The translations under genes and the position numbers were made by a program. 64,000 nucleotides of DNA from Bdellovibrionales bacterium (GTDB lineage Bacteria > Bdellovibrionota > Bdellovibrionia > Bdellovibrionales > UBA1609): the NCBI GenBank assembly GCA_965205945.1, contig CBDBIB010000002.1:263999-327998 (forward strand). The letters run 5' to 3'. This document shows, piece by piece, positions 48,543 through 58,213 of this stretch (positions are counted from its first letter, which is position 1; every line of letters starts with the position of its first letter). The notes under the pieces are model-generated. The model saw nothing but the letters and a program-made list of their open reading frames with translations, was not told where the DNA came from and ran no database searches.

Positions 48543-49259
48543 ATGATATTACAATTAAGCCCGGTTGAATTAGAGGCAGTGAGCAGCTACTGGTATTTAA
48601 AGTTTGCTACACACTGGGGAGGACCTTTTTCTTATATAGAAGTTCTTCAAATGCTTAAATCTAGAAAAATCAACAGAAATATGAAAATTCGAGCAGGCAA
48701 TAGTTCAAGTCAGAGTAGTGATAATTGGTATTTAATTTCAGATTTAATTGAATTTTCAGTAGATTTTATCGCTGCTTTTTTAAAATACTATGTTCCTAAT
48801 GGACGTACTATTTATGAAATAAGAAAATTTATTCGTATAAATTATAATTCTAATGTTTTAGTAGTTTCTCAGGATAAAAGAGTTCAAACCTGTTTATGCA
48901 CAGAGCTTTCTGCAGGTGGTGCAAATATTAAAGTTCCTGCAGAGTTTATAAAAGAGGAGCAGAAATTAACAATTCAATTTTTTTATAATAGTAATATTAA
49001 GTTAAAGTCATTTAATGCAAAAGCTAAGGTTTTAAGGCTTAATGAAATTAATTTTAACCCTGAAAAAGAAATTAGTGAAGTTTATTCTTTAGAATTTAAT
49101 GACTTAAAAGCTAAACATAAAAAAATGCTCTTAAACTCTACACAATTTAAAATAAAAAATCTTGCAAAATATATTAAAGAAGAAGGGAAAAAAGTTGTCG
49201 GTGTTTTGGATTTAAATAATTTTTTTAAAAAATATCCATATCTTATGTTAAACCCTTAG
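48543..49259 (+). CDS. PilZ-domain protein with a GYF-like N-terminus
   Basis: WY...GPFS; RKFIR and ELSAGG match the PilZ RxxxR and D/NxSxxG motifs approximately. Confidence 0.7.
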   Translation: MILQLSPVELEAVSSYWYLKFATHWGGPFSYIEVLQMLKSRKINRNMKIRAGNSSSQSSDNWYLISDLIEFSVDFIAAFLKYYVPNGRTIYEIRKFIRINYNSNVLVVSQDKRVQTCLCTELSAGGANIKVPAEFIKEEQKLTIQFFYNSNIKLKSFNAKAKVLRLNEINFNPEKEISEVYSLEFNDLKAKHKKMLLNSTQFKIKNLAKYIKEEGKKVVGVLDLNNFFKKYPYLMLNP

Positions 49260-49287
49260 AATTTATACCTTTTTTTAAAAATATGAA

Positions 49288-49783
49288 TTAAAATTGAATG
49301 TATTTTTCAGGATTTACGGTTTTCTTATTTTTCATAAATTCAAAATGTAGATGAACTCCTGTAGTTCGCCCAGTACTACCCATTGTTCCTATTAATTGCC
49401 CTCTTTTTATATTTTGACCTGATTTTACAAAAATCTTATTAAGGTGTGAATAAATTGTACTAATACTTTTATCATGTTGGATTAAAATCATTTTCCCATA
49501 GCCACTAAATCTGTGTCCTTGATAAACAACTTTTCCAGAGGCAATAGAAAATATTGGGGATCCTTTTTTTCCCGCAAGATCTATACCGTTATGTTTATGG
49601 TTTTTTTTTAGAGCGAAATCTTTGAGTGACTGTGTATTTTGTTGTTAATGGTTTTAAAAACTCAAGGCTGTTTGGTATAGATTTTTTTGTTGTAATTATT
49701 GAAATAAAGGAACAAGAAAAAAGTGTGGAAGAAAAAATTATAGGTATAATAAGTTTTAATTGTAAATAGGGAAATCTTTGCAA
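49288..49783 (-). pseudogene. M23 family metallopeptidase split by a frameshift in an A9 run (49601-49609)
   Basis: Removing one A joins a signal/lipobox-like N-terminus (LFSC) to HNGIDL...GYGKMILIQH...YSHL...TGVHLHFE. Confidence 0.8.
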
Positions 49784-50997
49784 AGCGTAATTACCTTTTC
49801 ATGGATTGTGTTTAAGGTATAATCATTAGATTGATTTTTAATAACTTCACTAATAAAACCTGCAATAGTTACCATTTCACATTCATTCATACCTCTAGTT
49901 GTAAGAGCAGGGGTTCCAAGTCTTATGCCACTGGTTACAAAAGGACTTCTTTGCTCATTTGGAATAGTGTTCTTATTCACAGTTATTCCAGCACTTTGTA
50001 AAGCTTTTTCAGCCTCTTTTCCAGTTATATTATTATTTACTAGATCTATTAGTATAAGGTGATTGTCAGTGCCACCAGATACAAGTGATAAACCATTTTT
50101 TACAAGTTCTTTACTAAGAGTTTTAGCGTTTTTGATAACTTGTTTTTGATAGATTTTAAATTCTGGGCTTAAGGCTTCTTTAAAAGCTATAGCTTTTGCT
50201 AAAATAGAATGTTCTAGCGGGCCACCTTGAATTCCTGGGAAAATTTGAGAATCTAAATTTTTAGCATACTTTTCTTTACAAAGAATCATACCACCTCTAG
50301 GCCCTCTTAAAGTTTTATGTGTAGTAGTAGTTACAAAATCAGCATAAGGGGTTGGATTTTCATGGACTCCTGCAGCAACAAGGCCTGCAAAGTGAGCCAT
50401 ATCTACATGAAGGAGAGCATTAACTTTATTAGCAATTTCCCTAAATTTTTTAAAATCTAAACTTCTTGGGTAAGCACTGTAGCCAGCAATAATTAATTTA
50501 GGTTTACATTTTTTAGCAATCTTTAAAATTTCATCATAGTCAATTAAGTGAGTTTTTGGATTGATACCATATGAAGTAAAATTATAAAGCTTTCCTGAAA
50601 AATTAACTTTAGAACCATGAGTTAAATGTCCACCCTGTAAAAGATCCATTCCTAAAATCACTTCTCCAGGCTTAACGCATGCCATATATACAGCCATATT
50701 TGCCTGTGATCCTGAGTGTGGTTGAACATTTACATGTTCAGCTTTAAACAGTTCTTTTGCTCTATTAATAGCTAAATTTTCAGCTTCATCAATATGCTTA
50801 CATCCACCATAATATCTTTTTCCAGGATAACCTTCAGCATATTTATTGGTGAAAATACTTCCTTGGGCTTGCATTACGGCAAGAGAGGCATAATTTTCAG
50901 AAGCAATCATTTCAAGTCCATAAGTTTGTCTATGAAGTTCTTGTATTAAGAATTGATGTGCTTTAGGATCTGCTGCTTTTATAAGATTATATTTCAT
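49756..50997 (-). CDS. glyA: Serine hydroxymethyltransferase
   Basis: [34 protein letters not shown]. Confidence 0.97.
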   Translation of the reverse strand: MKYNLIKAADPKAHQFLIQELHRQTYGLEMIASENYASLAVMQAQGSIFTNKYAEGYPGKRYYGGCKHIDEAENLAINRAKELFKAEHVNVQPHSGSQANMAVYMACVKPGEVILGMDLLQGGHLTHGSKVNFSGKLYNFTSYGINPKTHLIDYDEILKIAKKCKPKLIIAGYSAYPRSLDFKKFREIANKVNALLHVDMAHFAGLVAAGVHENPTPYADFVTTTTHKTLRGPRGGMILCKEKYAKNLDSQIFPGIQGGPLEHSILAKAIAFKEALSPEFKIYQKQVIKNAKTLSKELVKNGLSLVSGGTDNHLILIDLVNNNITGKEAEKALQSAGITVNKNTIPNEQRSPFVTSGIRLGTPALTTRGMNECEMVTIAGFISEVIKNQSNDYTLNTIHEKVITLCKDFPIYN

Positions 50998-51011
50998 TTT
51001 AATTCCTTTTT

Positions 51012-51455
51012 TTATAGTTTTAGAGTAGGTAAAGAAATTTTCTTAACTCTTTGTTGATGGCGGCCTTTGTGAAAAGAAGTTGATAAAAAAGAATCTATAA
51101 TTTTAAATATAATGTCTTCTTTAATAAGCCTTGAACTAAGGCAAAGAACGTTAGCATTGTTGTGTTGCCTTGAAAGTATAGAGGTTTCTTCATTCCAGCA
51201 AAGAGCGCCCCTAATATAAGAATATTTGTTTGCTCTCATAGCCATTCCTTGTCCAGATCCACAGATTAAAATTCCAATATCTGTAGAGCTAAATTTTAAA
51301 GATTTACAGACTTTATCTGAGAAATCTGGATAATCAACATGATCTTTATTCATGGGACCTAGATCAATAATCTTATTTGAATTTGTTTTTAAATAGTTTA
51401 TAACCTTTGTTTTTAGCTTAAATCCAGCATGATCTGAAGCTATAAAGATTTTCAC
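51012..51455 (-). CDS. rpiB: Ribose-5-phosphate isomerase B
   Basis: SDHAG, DYPD, ICGSGQG, HNNAN, GRHQQR. Confidence 0.95.
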   Translation of the reverse strand: MKIFIASDHAGFKLKTKVINYLKTNSNKIIDLGPMNKDHVDYPDFSDKVCKSLKFSSTDIGILICGSGQGMAMRANKYSYIRGALCWNEETSILSRQHNNANVLCLSSRLIKEDIIFKIIDSFLSTSFHKGRHQQRVKKISLPTLKL

Positions 51456-51457
51456 GG

Positions 51458-52717
51458 TTATAAGGCTCCAAAGATTAAGGTGGCATTAGTTCCACCAAAG
51501 CCAAAACTATTATTCATTACAAAGCGAACTTTTTTTTCTCTTGCTGTACCAGGAACATAATCTAAGTCACAGCCCTCAGAAGGATTATCTAAATTAATAG
51601 TAGGAGGAACAATATTTTTTTGAATTGCCATTAATGAAAAAACACTTTCAATGGCACCAGCTGCTCCTAAAGTATGACCTGTCATACTTTTTGTAGAGCT
51701 TATCCAAAGTTTAGAAGAATGATTTTGAAAAACTTTTTTAATGGCCTCAGTTTCTATGAGGTCACCAATGGGAGTACTTGTACCATGAGCATTTATATAA
51801 TCTATTTGATTGTGGTTAATTTTAGCATCTTGTATTGCAAATTCCATAGATAAAGCTGCTCCTTGTCCACCAGGTTCTGGAGAGGTCATATGATAAGCAT
51901 CGCAAGATAAACCATACCCTAAGACTTCACCATAAATTTTAGCACCTCTTTTATAAGCGAGCTCATAATCTTCTAAAACTAAAGAAGCGGCTCCTTCAGA
52001 CATAACAAAACCATCACGATCAATATCAAAAGGCCTAGATGCTGTAGTAGGGGAGTGGTTTCTTGTTGATAAGGCTTTCATTGAAGAAAATCCAGCAACA
52101 GACATAGGGCCTATTGCAGATTCAGATCCACCTGCGATCATCACATCACATTGACCAGATTGGATGTATTTTGCAGCTTCTCCAATTGAGTGTGCTCCGG
52201 AAGAACATGCACTGGTGACAACATAATTTGGTCCTTGCATTCCGTATTTAATAGCAATTTGCCCACTAGCTAAATTAGAAATTGTGGCAGGAATAAAAAA
52301 AGGGCTCACTCGCCCCGGTCCTTTATTTAATAAGGTTTCATGCTGTTTTTCAATATATGGTAACCCACCAAGGCCAACACCTAAAATACAACCTACACGT
52401 TGTGAGTTTATTTCATTGATTAAAATATTAGAATCAAGCAAAGCTTCCTCTGTACAAGCAATTGAAAGGTGGATAAACCTATCCATTTTTTTTTGATCTT
52501 TTTTTATAACATACTCATTAATATCAAAATTTTTAACCTCTCCAATAATAGAAGTTCCAAATTTTTCTGTATCAAAGGACTGGGTCTGTGCAATTCCAGA
52601 TTTACCGTTTATACACGAGTCCCAATTTGTTTTTAAATTTTTACCTATAGGGGATACAATACCAATTCCTGTTACTACGACTCTACGATTTTCTTTTGCT
52701 GGTCTTGTAAAAGTCAT
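51458..52717 (-). CDS. fabF: 3-oxoacyl-ACP synthase II
   Basis: RRVVVTG, SACSSG, AHGTST, GHTLGAAG, NSFGFGG. Confidence 0.96.
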   Translation of the reverse strand: MTFTRPAKENRRVVVTGIGIVSPIGKNLKTNWDSCINGKSGIAQTQSFDTEKFGTSIIGEVKNFDINEYVIKKDQKKMDRFIHLSIACTEEALLDSNILINEINSQRVGCILGVGLGGLPYIEKQHETLLNKGPGRVSPFFIPATISNLASGQIAIKYGMQGPNYVVTSACSSGAHSIGEAAKYIQSGQCDVMIAGGSESAIGPMSVAGFSSMKALSTRNHSPTTASRPFDIDRDGFVMSEGAASLVLEDYELAYKRGAKIYGEVLGYGLSCDAYHMTSPEPGGQGAALSMEFAIQDAKINHNQIDYINAHGTSTPIGDLIETEAIKKVFQNHSSKLWISSTKSMTGHTLGAAGAIESVFSLMAIQKNIVPPTINLDNPSEGCDLDYVPGTAREKKVRFVMNNSFGFGGTNATLIFGAL

Positions 52718-52754
52718 TTTAAATTTCCTCTATAAGGTTTAAAAAATTAAACGC

Positions 52755-52982
52755 CTATTTATCTTTAAGATAGGTTACAACGTCACCAACAGTCTTAAGT
52801 TTTTCAGCATCTTCGTCAGGAATTTCAATATTATATTCTTCCTCCATAGCCATAACTAATTCAACAATATCTAAGCTATCTGCTCCAAGATCATCAATAA
52901 AAGAAGCGTCTTCTTTTATTTTGTGACCCTCAATACCGAGTTGTTCTTCGATGATTTTTTTTATTTTATCGTCTAATGCCAT
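52755..52982 (-). CDS. acpP: Acyl carrier protein
   Basis: [14 protein letters not shown]. Confidence 0.97.
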   Translation of the reverse strand: MALDDKIKKIIEEQLGIEGHKIKEDASFIDDLGADSLDIVELVMAMEEEYNIEIPDEDAEKLKTVGDVVTYLKDK

Positions 52983-53059
52983 TTTGACCCTCCATAATTA
53001 GATCGTTTTGTTAAAATTTATAAAACTCATTAGATACTATTTAAATAAAAAAAAATAAA

Positions 53060-53818
53060 CTAATTTAAATACATTCCACCATTAACATGGATTGTTTGGC
53101 CAGTAATATATGACGAAGCGTCACTGATTAAAAAAGCAACTGCTTGAGCAATATCATCTGTTGTTCCTAGGCGTGCTAGTGGGAGCTGATTGATTAGAGA
53201 TTCTTTTTGCTTATCTTCTAGGATGTCAGTCATTTCAGTTTGAATAAAACCAGGAGCAACACAATTAATTCGTATTTTTCTTGATCCTAATTCTTTTGCA
53301 ATAGATTTTGAAAAAGCTTCAGTTCCACCTTTTGATGCTGCATAGTTGGATTGTCCAGGATTACCTGTAGATCCAATAACTGAAGAAATGTTAACAATTG
53401 AACCTATTTTTTTTTTCATCATAATTTTTACAACTGCTTTTGTACAAAGAAAAGTTCCTTTTAAATTTGTTTCATAAACGGCATCAAAGTCAGAAGGTTT
53501 CATTCTTAATAAAAGTTGATCTTTAGTGATTCCAGCATTGTTAACAAGACCTTCTATGGAAGACCATTTAGCTAAAACATTAGTGAAAAAAGTTTTAATA
53601 GACTCTTCATTAGATGTATCTAAGAAGAGTAAAAGGTGCCCTTCGCCTTTAAGTGAAGAGAAAACTTTTTTGGCTTTATCTTTACTGTGTGCATAAGTGA
53701 CACAAACCTGTGCTCCTAAAGAAGCTAGTAATTTTACAATTCCAGCACCAATTCCACGGCTTGAACCAGTTACAATAATTTTTTTATTCTTAAGATTTAA
53801 CAAAATAGATCCCCTCAT
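53060..53818 (-). CDS. fabG: 3-oxoacyl-ACP reductase
   Basis: TGSSRGIG, NNAGIT, YAASK. Confidence 0.95.
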   Translation of the reverse strand: MRGSILLNLKNKKIIVTGSSRGIGAGIVKLLASLGAQVCVTYAHSKDKAKKVFSSLKGEGHLLLFLDTSNEESIKTFFTNVLAKWSSIEGLVNNAGITKDQLLLRMKPSDFDAVYETNLKGTFLCTKAVVKIMMKKKIGSIVNISSVIGSTGNPGQSNYAASKGGTEAFSKSIAKELGSRKIRINCVAPGFIQTEMTDILEDKQKESLINQLPLARLGTTDDIAQAVAFLISDASSYITGQTIHVNGGMYLN

Positions 53819-53833
53819 TTTTATTTTTTAAAA

Positions 53834-54805
53834 TTATGTTAAAAAAGCACCAATATTTTTAATATCTTTTAACCCTGATGTATTTAAAAGAGGTAAGTTT
53901 AAGTTGTCTATTTTTTTAATCAATCCAAGCAGAGTATTTCCTGATCCAACTTCAATATAAGAGTCTATTTTATTACTTTTTATTTCTAATATAGTTTTAC
54001 TCCAAAGAACTGAACTGCTTATTTGTTTTACTAAGTTAGTTCTTATTTCTTTAGGGTCACTTGTTAAACAGGCATTTATATTTTGAATAAGTAAATAATT
54101 AGGAGAAGAGAATTTAATTTTTTTTAAAAATTCATCCATGATTTTTTCAGCTGGAAGCATTAGTTTACAATGAAATGGGGCTGAGACTTTTAAAGGAAAA
54201 AGTCTTATTTTTTTTGGTTTTGGTTTAAATGTGTACGTAGAAATATTTTCTTTTAACCATGCTAAAGCCTCAGCTGTGCCACTTACAACAACTTGTCCTG
54301 GACAGTTAAAGTTTGCAGCTTCAAATACCCAGTCTGAATTTTGAGACTCAACCCATTTACAAAGTTGAATAGCTTGATCATCTAAGGGACCTAACAAAGC
54401 TGCCATAGCGCCTTTGTTAATAGGAACAGCTTCTTGCATAGATCGGCCTCTAAGTTTGACTGCTTTAATTGCATCAGAAAAAGAAATGACATTTGCAGCA
54501 ACCAGTGCAGAGTATTCACCTACTGAATGCCCAGCAACTATTAAAGGAGTAAAGTTAAACTCTGATTGTAAAACCCTGAATGCACCAATTGAACAAGCTA
54601 GAATTGCAGGCTGTGTATTTTGAGTTAACATCAATTCTTTATCAGAACTATTAAAATATAATTTTATAAAGTCCAGCCCCGCTGAATCCGAAGCCTCAAT
54701 TAAAGTCTCTTTATAAATTTTAAAATTATCAAAAAGTTCTTTACCCATTCCTATAAACTGACTACCTTGACCAGGAAAAACTGCCGCTATTTTTTTTAAT
54801 ACCAT
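53834..54805 (-). CDS. fabD: Malonyl-CoA:ACP transacylase
   Basis: FPGQGSQ, GHSVGEY, VSAPFH. Confidence 0.95.
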   Translation of the reverse strand: MVLKKIAAVFPGQGSQFIGMGKELFDNFKIYKETLIEASDSAGLDFIKLYFNSSDKELMLTQNTQPAILACSIGAFRVLQSEFNFTPLIVAGHSVGEYSALVAANVISFSDAIKAVKLRGRSMQEAVPINKGAMAALLGPLDDQAIQLCKWVESQNSDWVFEAANFNCPGQVVVSGTAEALAWLKENISTYTFKPKPKKIRLFPLKVSAPFHCKLMLPAEKIMDEFLKKIKFSSPNYLLIQNINACLTSDPKEIRTNLVKQISSSVLWSKTILEIKSNKIDSYIEVGSGNTLLGLIKKIDNLNLPLLNTSGLKDIKNIGAFLT

Positions 54806-54806
54806 A

Positions 54807-55790
54807 TTAATACCTTAATAAAAGACTTCCACTAGTAAGTCCTCCACCAAAAGCGGTTAACAAAAGGTTATGACCACGAGTTATACGTTTATCTCGAATA
54901 GCTTTGTCTAAACATATAGGTATTGTTGCAGAAGAGTTGTTGCCCATTTTTTTAATTTCAACAAGAACTTTCTCCATGGGAAAGTTAAATTTCTTAGCTA
55001 CAAGTTCAATTATTCTTAAATTTGCTTGATGGGGAATAAGCCAATCAACTTGATTAGCCGATAAACCTGCTTTTTTTAAAACTTCAGATGAAGTTTTTGT
55101 CATAGTTCTAATTGCTAACTTAAAAATTTCTTGTCCTTCCATTTTAATAAAATGAAGTTTTTTCTCAATAGTTTTTAAGCTGGCAGGATTTTGACTCCCT
55201 CCTCCTTCAAGAGTAAGAAGGCCACTATGCTCCCCATTAGAACAAAGCTTGTGGCTATAAACCTTAGATTTTTTACTATCTGAGGGACTAAGGATAACAG
55301 CCCCAGCACCGTCACTAAAAAGAATACATGTTCTACGATCTGTATAATCTGTATAACGAGATAAAATTTCAGCACCGACAACAAGTATATTTTTGTAAGC
55401 TCCAGATTGAATCATTTGATCTGCTAAAGAGTAGCCATATAAAAAACCTGCACAAGCAGCATAAACATCCAAAGCTGCACAATTTTTGGCTCCAATTTTA
55501 GTTTGGAGTATAGAAGCTGCATTTGGCATTGTTTTGTCTGGTGAAGTTGTTGCAAATAATATAAAATCAATATCACAGGGCTGGATACCAGAAGTTTTAA
55601 TTGCTTGAAGAGCTGCTTTAGCAGCTAGGTCCGTAGTATTTTCTTGTGGAGAGGCTATACGGCGCTCAGAAATTCCAGTTCTTTCAATAATCCATTCATT
55701 ATTGGTGTCCACCATTTTTTCAAGATCTGCATTTGAAAGGATTTTTTCTGGTAAGTAGGAGCCGGTTCCTATTATTTTTGAAGTCAACAT
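54807..55790 (-). CDS. fabH: 3-oxoacyl-ACP synthase III
   Basis: AACAGF, PHQAN, GNNSSA, FGGG. Confidence 0.95.
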   Translation of the reverse strand: MLTSKIIGTGSYLPEKILSNADLEKMVDTNNEWIIERTGISERRIASPQENTTDLAAKAALQAIKTSGIQPCDIDFILFATTSPDKTMPNAASILQTKIGAKNCAALDVYAACAGFLYGYSLADQMIQSGAYKNILVVGAEILSRYTDYTDRRTCILFSDGAGAVILSPSDSKKSKVYSHKLCSNGEHSGLLTLEGGGSQNPASLKTIEKKLHFIKMEGQEIFKLAIRTMTKTSSEVLKKAGLSANQVDWLIPHQANLRIIELVAKKFNFPMEKVLVEIKKMGNNSSATIPICLDKAIRDKRITRGHNLLLTAFGGGLTSGSLLLRY

Positions 55791-55810
55791 AACTCTCCAG
55801 GATTCTTTAT

Positions 55811-55990
55811 TTAAACTCGAGCTGTAATAACTTCTTTATTACCATAATAACCGCAGCTTAAACATACAATATGTGGTTTTATAATAGATCCACAGTTTTT
55901 ACAGTTATGAATTGTTGGTTTAGTTAAAGCATTATGAGCTCTTCTCATTCCTCTTCTAGCTCTTGAAATTTTACTTTTTGGACTTGCCAT
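55811..55990 (-). CDS. rpmF: 50S ribosomal protein L32 (zinc-binding form)
   Basis: Manual translation [19 protein letters not shown]...CKNCG...[17 protein letters not shown]; below the ORF-track cutoff. Confidence 0.95.
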   Translation of the reverse strand: MASPKSKISRARRGMRRAHNALTKPTIHNCKNCGSIIKPHIVCLSCGYYGNKEVITARV

Positions 55991-56253
55991 TTAAAACCTC
56001 TATTAAAAATTAAAAAGCAAATATATCTACAATATAGATATGTTAGCAAGTCTAAAATAAGCATTTAAAATAAAGTTTAGCCTAATTAAGTCTGTTTTTA
56101 AGCTTTTTTTGGGCCTATATTATCTATCTTTAATATTCAACCATTTTTCACTATAATTTATAATTGATGTTATGCACTTTTTATAAAGCTTGATAATTAG
56201 TACATAACTCTTTGTCCTTTACTATGAACTTAAGTTAAACCTGTTTTGATAGA

Positions 56254-56286
56254 TTTATAAGCAAATCATAAAGATTTGCTTATAAA
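56254..56286. repeat. Perfect 14 bp inverted repeat in a long intergenic region
   Basis: TTTATAAGCAAATC-ataaa-GATTTGCTTATAAA. Confidence 0.8.
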
Positions 56287-56741
56287 GGAGGGTTTTTTTT
56301 AATGCTTTCTTTAAAGCAATTTTTAAAAGCTTAACTATATTTTAAAAAGTTCAGAGATATTCTAATGTTAAGAACCTTTCTTAATTTTAAAATAGGGCCT
56401 CTGCCCATAGAAGTTACTTTAATTAAAACTAAGCTATTCTTAAGAAAATATATACAATACTCTTAAAAGATTTAATTAAAATAATATCATAAGCGTTAAA
56501 ATCAAAAACTTCACTGCTTTTTAGAAAGTAAATTTAAGCTGATTTCAGTTTTTTTTATTAATATTAGAATAATGCAAAGTTACAACTTAAAAGGTCTTTT
56601 ATTAAGTAAGTGAATAAAGAAGTTAGAATTTTAGTAATTTTATATTAATAAGTTTGACTAAAAAGTTTTAAAAACATAATTTTTTTATACAAAGAATTTA
56701 AAAAATTAAAGAATAAAACATAAACTACGTTAAGGAGAAGT

Positions 56742-58199
56742 ATGAATAAGATCTATCTTATTACTTTAGGTGTTTTAGTTTCCTTAACCTTATTTGCACA
56801 AGATAATAAAAACTTATTAAATATTCCAATCAGCACTGTTTTAGATCAATCTGTACAATATACAGACAAAAAGGCCTCATTAGAACTTTTCTCTTACGAA
56901 GAATATCTTTATTCTAAATCGCGTAAGACAGAAATTGGAGATAAATTAAAACTAAATACACGATTTAGATATCAAGTTAACAATAGCACTTGGATGTCTT
57001 TAGGATTTAAAACTAATCCTAATAAAGATAGGTTTGATAATAAAACATCTGATTTTGAATTAAGAACTGGTTATAATTATGAAAATTTTATCGCTCAAGT
57101 TGATTTTTCTTTAAACACAGATGATGAAAATGGAAGCATATCATTTGGTTTAGATCTAGATTCTAAAAATACTTTTTTAAGGTATGAGTTTAATAAAAAT
57201 TTCCAATTTACTTTTTTTCCATTTAACTTTGATGGAGAAGTTGGAGTTGAATTTAAAACTTATGATGTAACAAGAGTCTACTACATTCAAGGAACTCCTG
57301 CTTTAATACCCCTTACTCCAGATCCAAATAATCCAAATGAAAAAATTGCTAATAAGACTATTCCTGGTTTTGTTCTCAGATACAATAAGATCACCGATAG
57401 AAAAAACTTATTTAGTGCTTATGTTGGTTTAGGTATTACTGCATATGAATATCCTAATGATTCTTTATTTGATGTAAGAAGTCTAACTGGAAGCACCTCA
57501 TGGTCAAGAAATGAAACATTTGGTTATAAATTTGGTGGGCTTTTAAGAAAAACAAATGCGTTTACAAGTTTTCAGTTTGTAGGACAAACTCAAGATCAGG
57601 AGACGGGTGTTTTAGTAAAATCCGCAGCATCTTTATATAATCTATCTTATATAAGAAACAAATTTGTTTTTGAATCTGAAATTACAGCTTCAAAAGGGGG
57701 GAGAAAACCTTACAGAATTGATTTTAGTGAAGACTGGTTTGATACAAGTGATACTTTATATCAATCTGTTCAACAGCGTATTTATAGCAACATTGCTGGA
57801 GATAAGATTCAAGATTGGGCTGGAAAATGGGGCTATGCCGGAAGTTTTAAATTAGGATTAAGAAAACAAGAATATACACCATACTTTTCTTATAAATATC
57901 AAAATAAATACTTTATATTTTCAGGGCGTGAGTCAGCACAAGAACTTAGAACAAATAACTTAGAAGAATCTCATGGAGGTTTACACAGAATTGGCGTTGG
58001 AGCTTACTTTTATAAAGAAAACTTTATTATTAATCCACGTTTTGAGTATTTAATTTCTAAAAATAATGTTTTTTCTAAGAGCGCAATTATCACCGATTTG
58101 AGTACTTTAAAAGAACTTACTAATACAGATTTTGTGTTTTTTATTAATATTTCATACTTTTATAATAAAAAAAATGGTCCGCGAACATTTAGACTTTAA
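56742..58199 (+). CDS. Putative outer-membrane beta-barrel protein
   Basis: Signal peptide (LFA); aromatic-rich alternating strands; FVFFINISYFY near the C-terminus; AAGGAG RBS. Confidence 0.6.
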   Translation: MNKIYLITLGVLVSLTLFAQDNKNLLNIPISTVLDQSVQYTDKKASLELFSYEEYLYSKSRKTEIGDKLKLNTRFRYQVNNSTWMSLGFKTNPNKDRFDNKTSDFELRTGYNYENFIAQVDFSLNTDDENGSISFGLDLDSKNTFLRYEFNKNFQFTFFPFNFDGEVGVEFKTYDVTRVYYIQGTPALIPLTPDPNNPNEKIANKTIPGFVLRYNKITDRKNLFSAYVGLGITAYEYPNDSLFDVRSLTGSTSWSRNETFGYKFGGLLRKTNAFTSFQFVGQTQDQETGVLVKSAASLYNLSYIRNKFVFESEITASKGGRKPYRIDFSEDWFDTSDTLYQSVQQRIYSNIAGDKIQDWAGKWGYAGSFKLGLRKQEYTPYFSYKYQNKYFIFSGRESAQELRTNNLEESHGGLHRIGVGAYFYKENFIINPRFEYLISKNNVFSKSAIITDLSTLKELTNTDFVFFINISYFYNKKNGPRTFRL

Positions 58200-58213
58200 G
58201 AAAGGATTTAATA

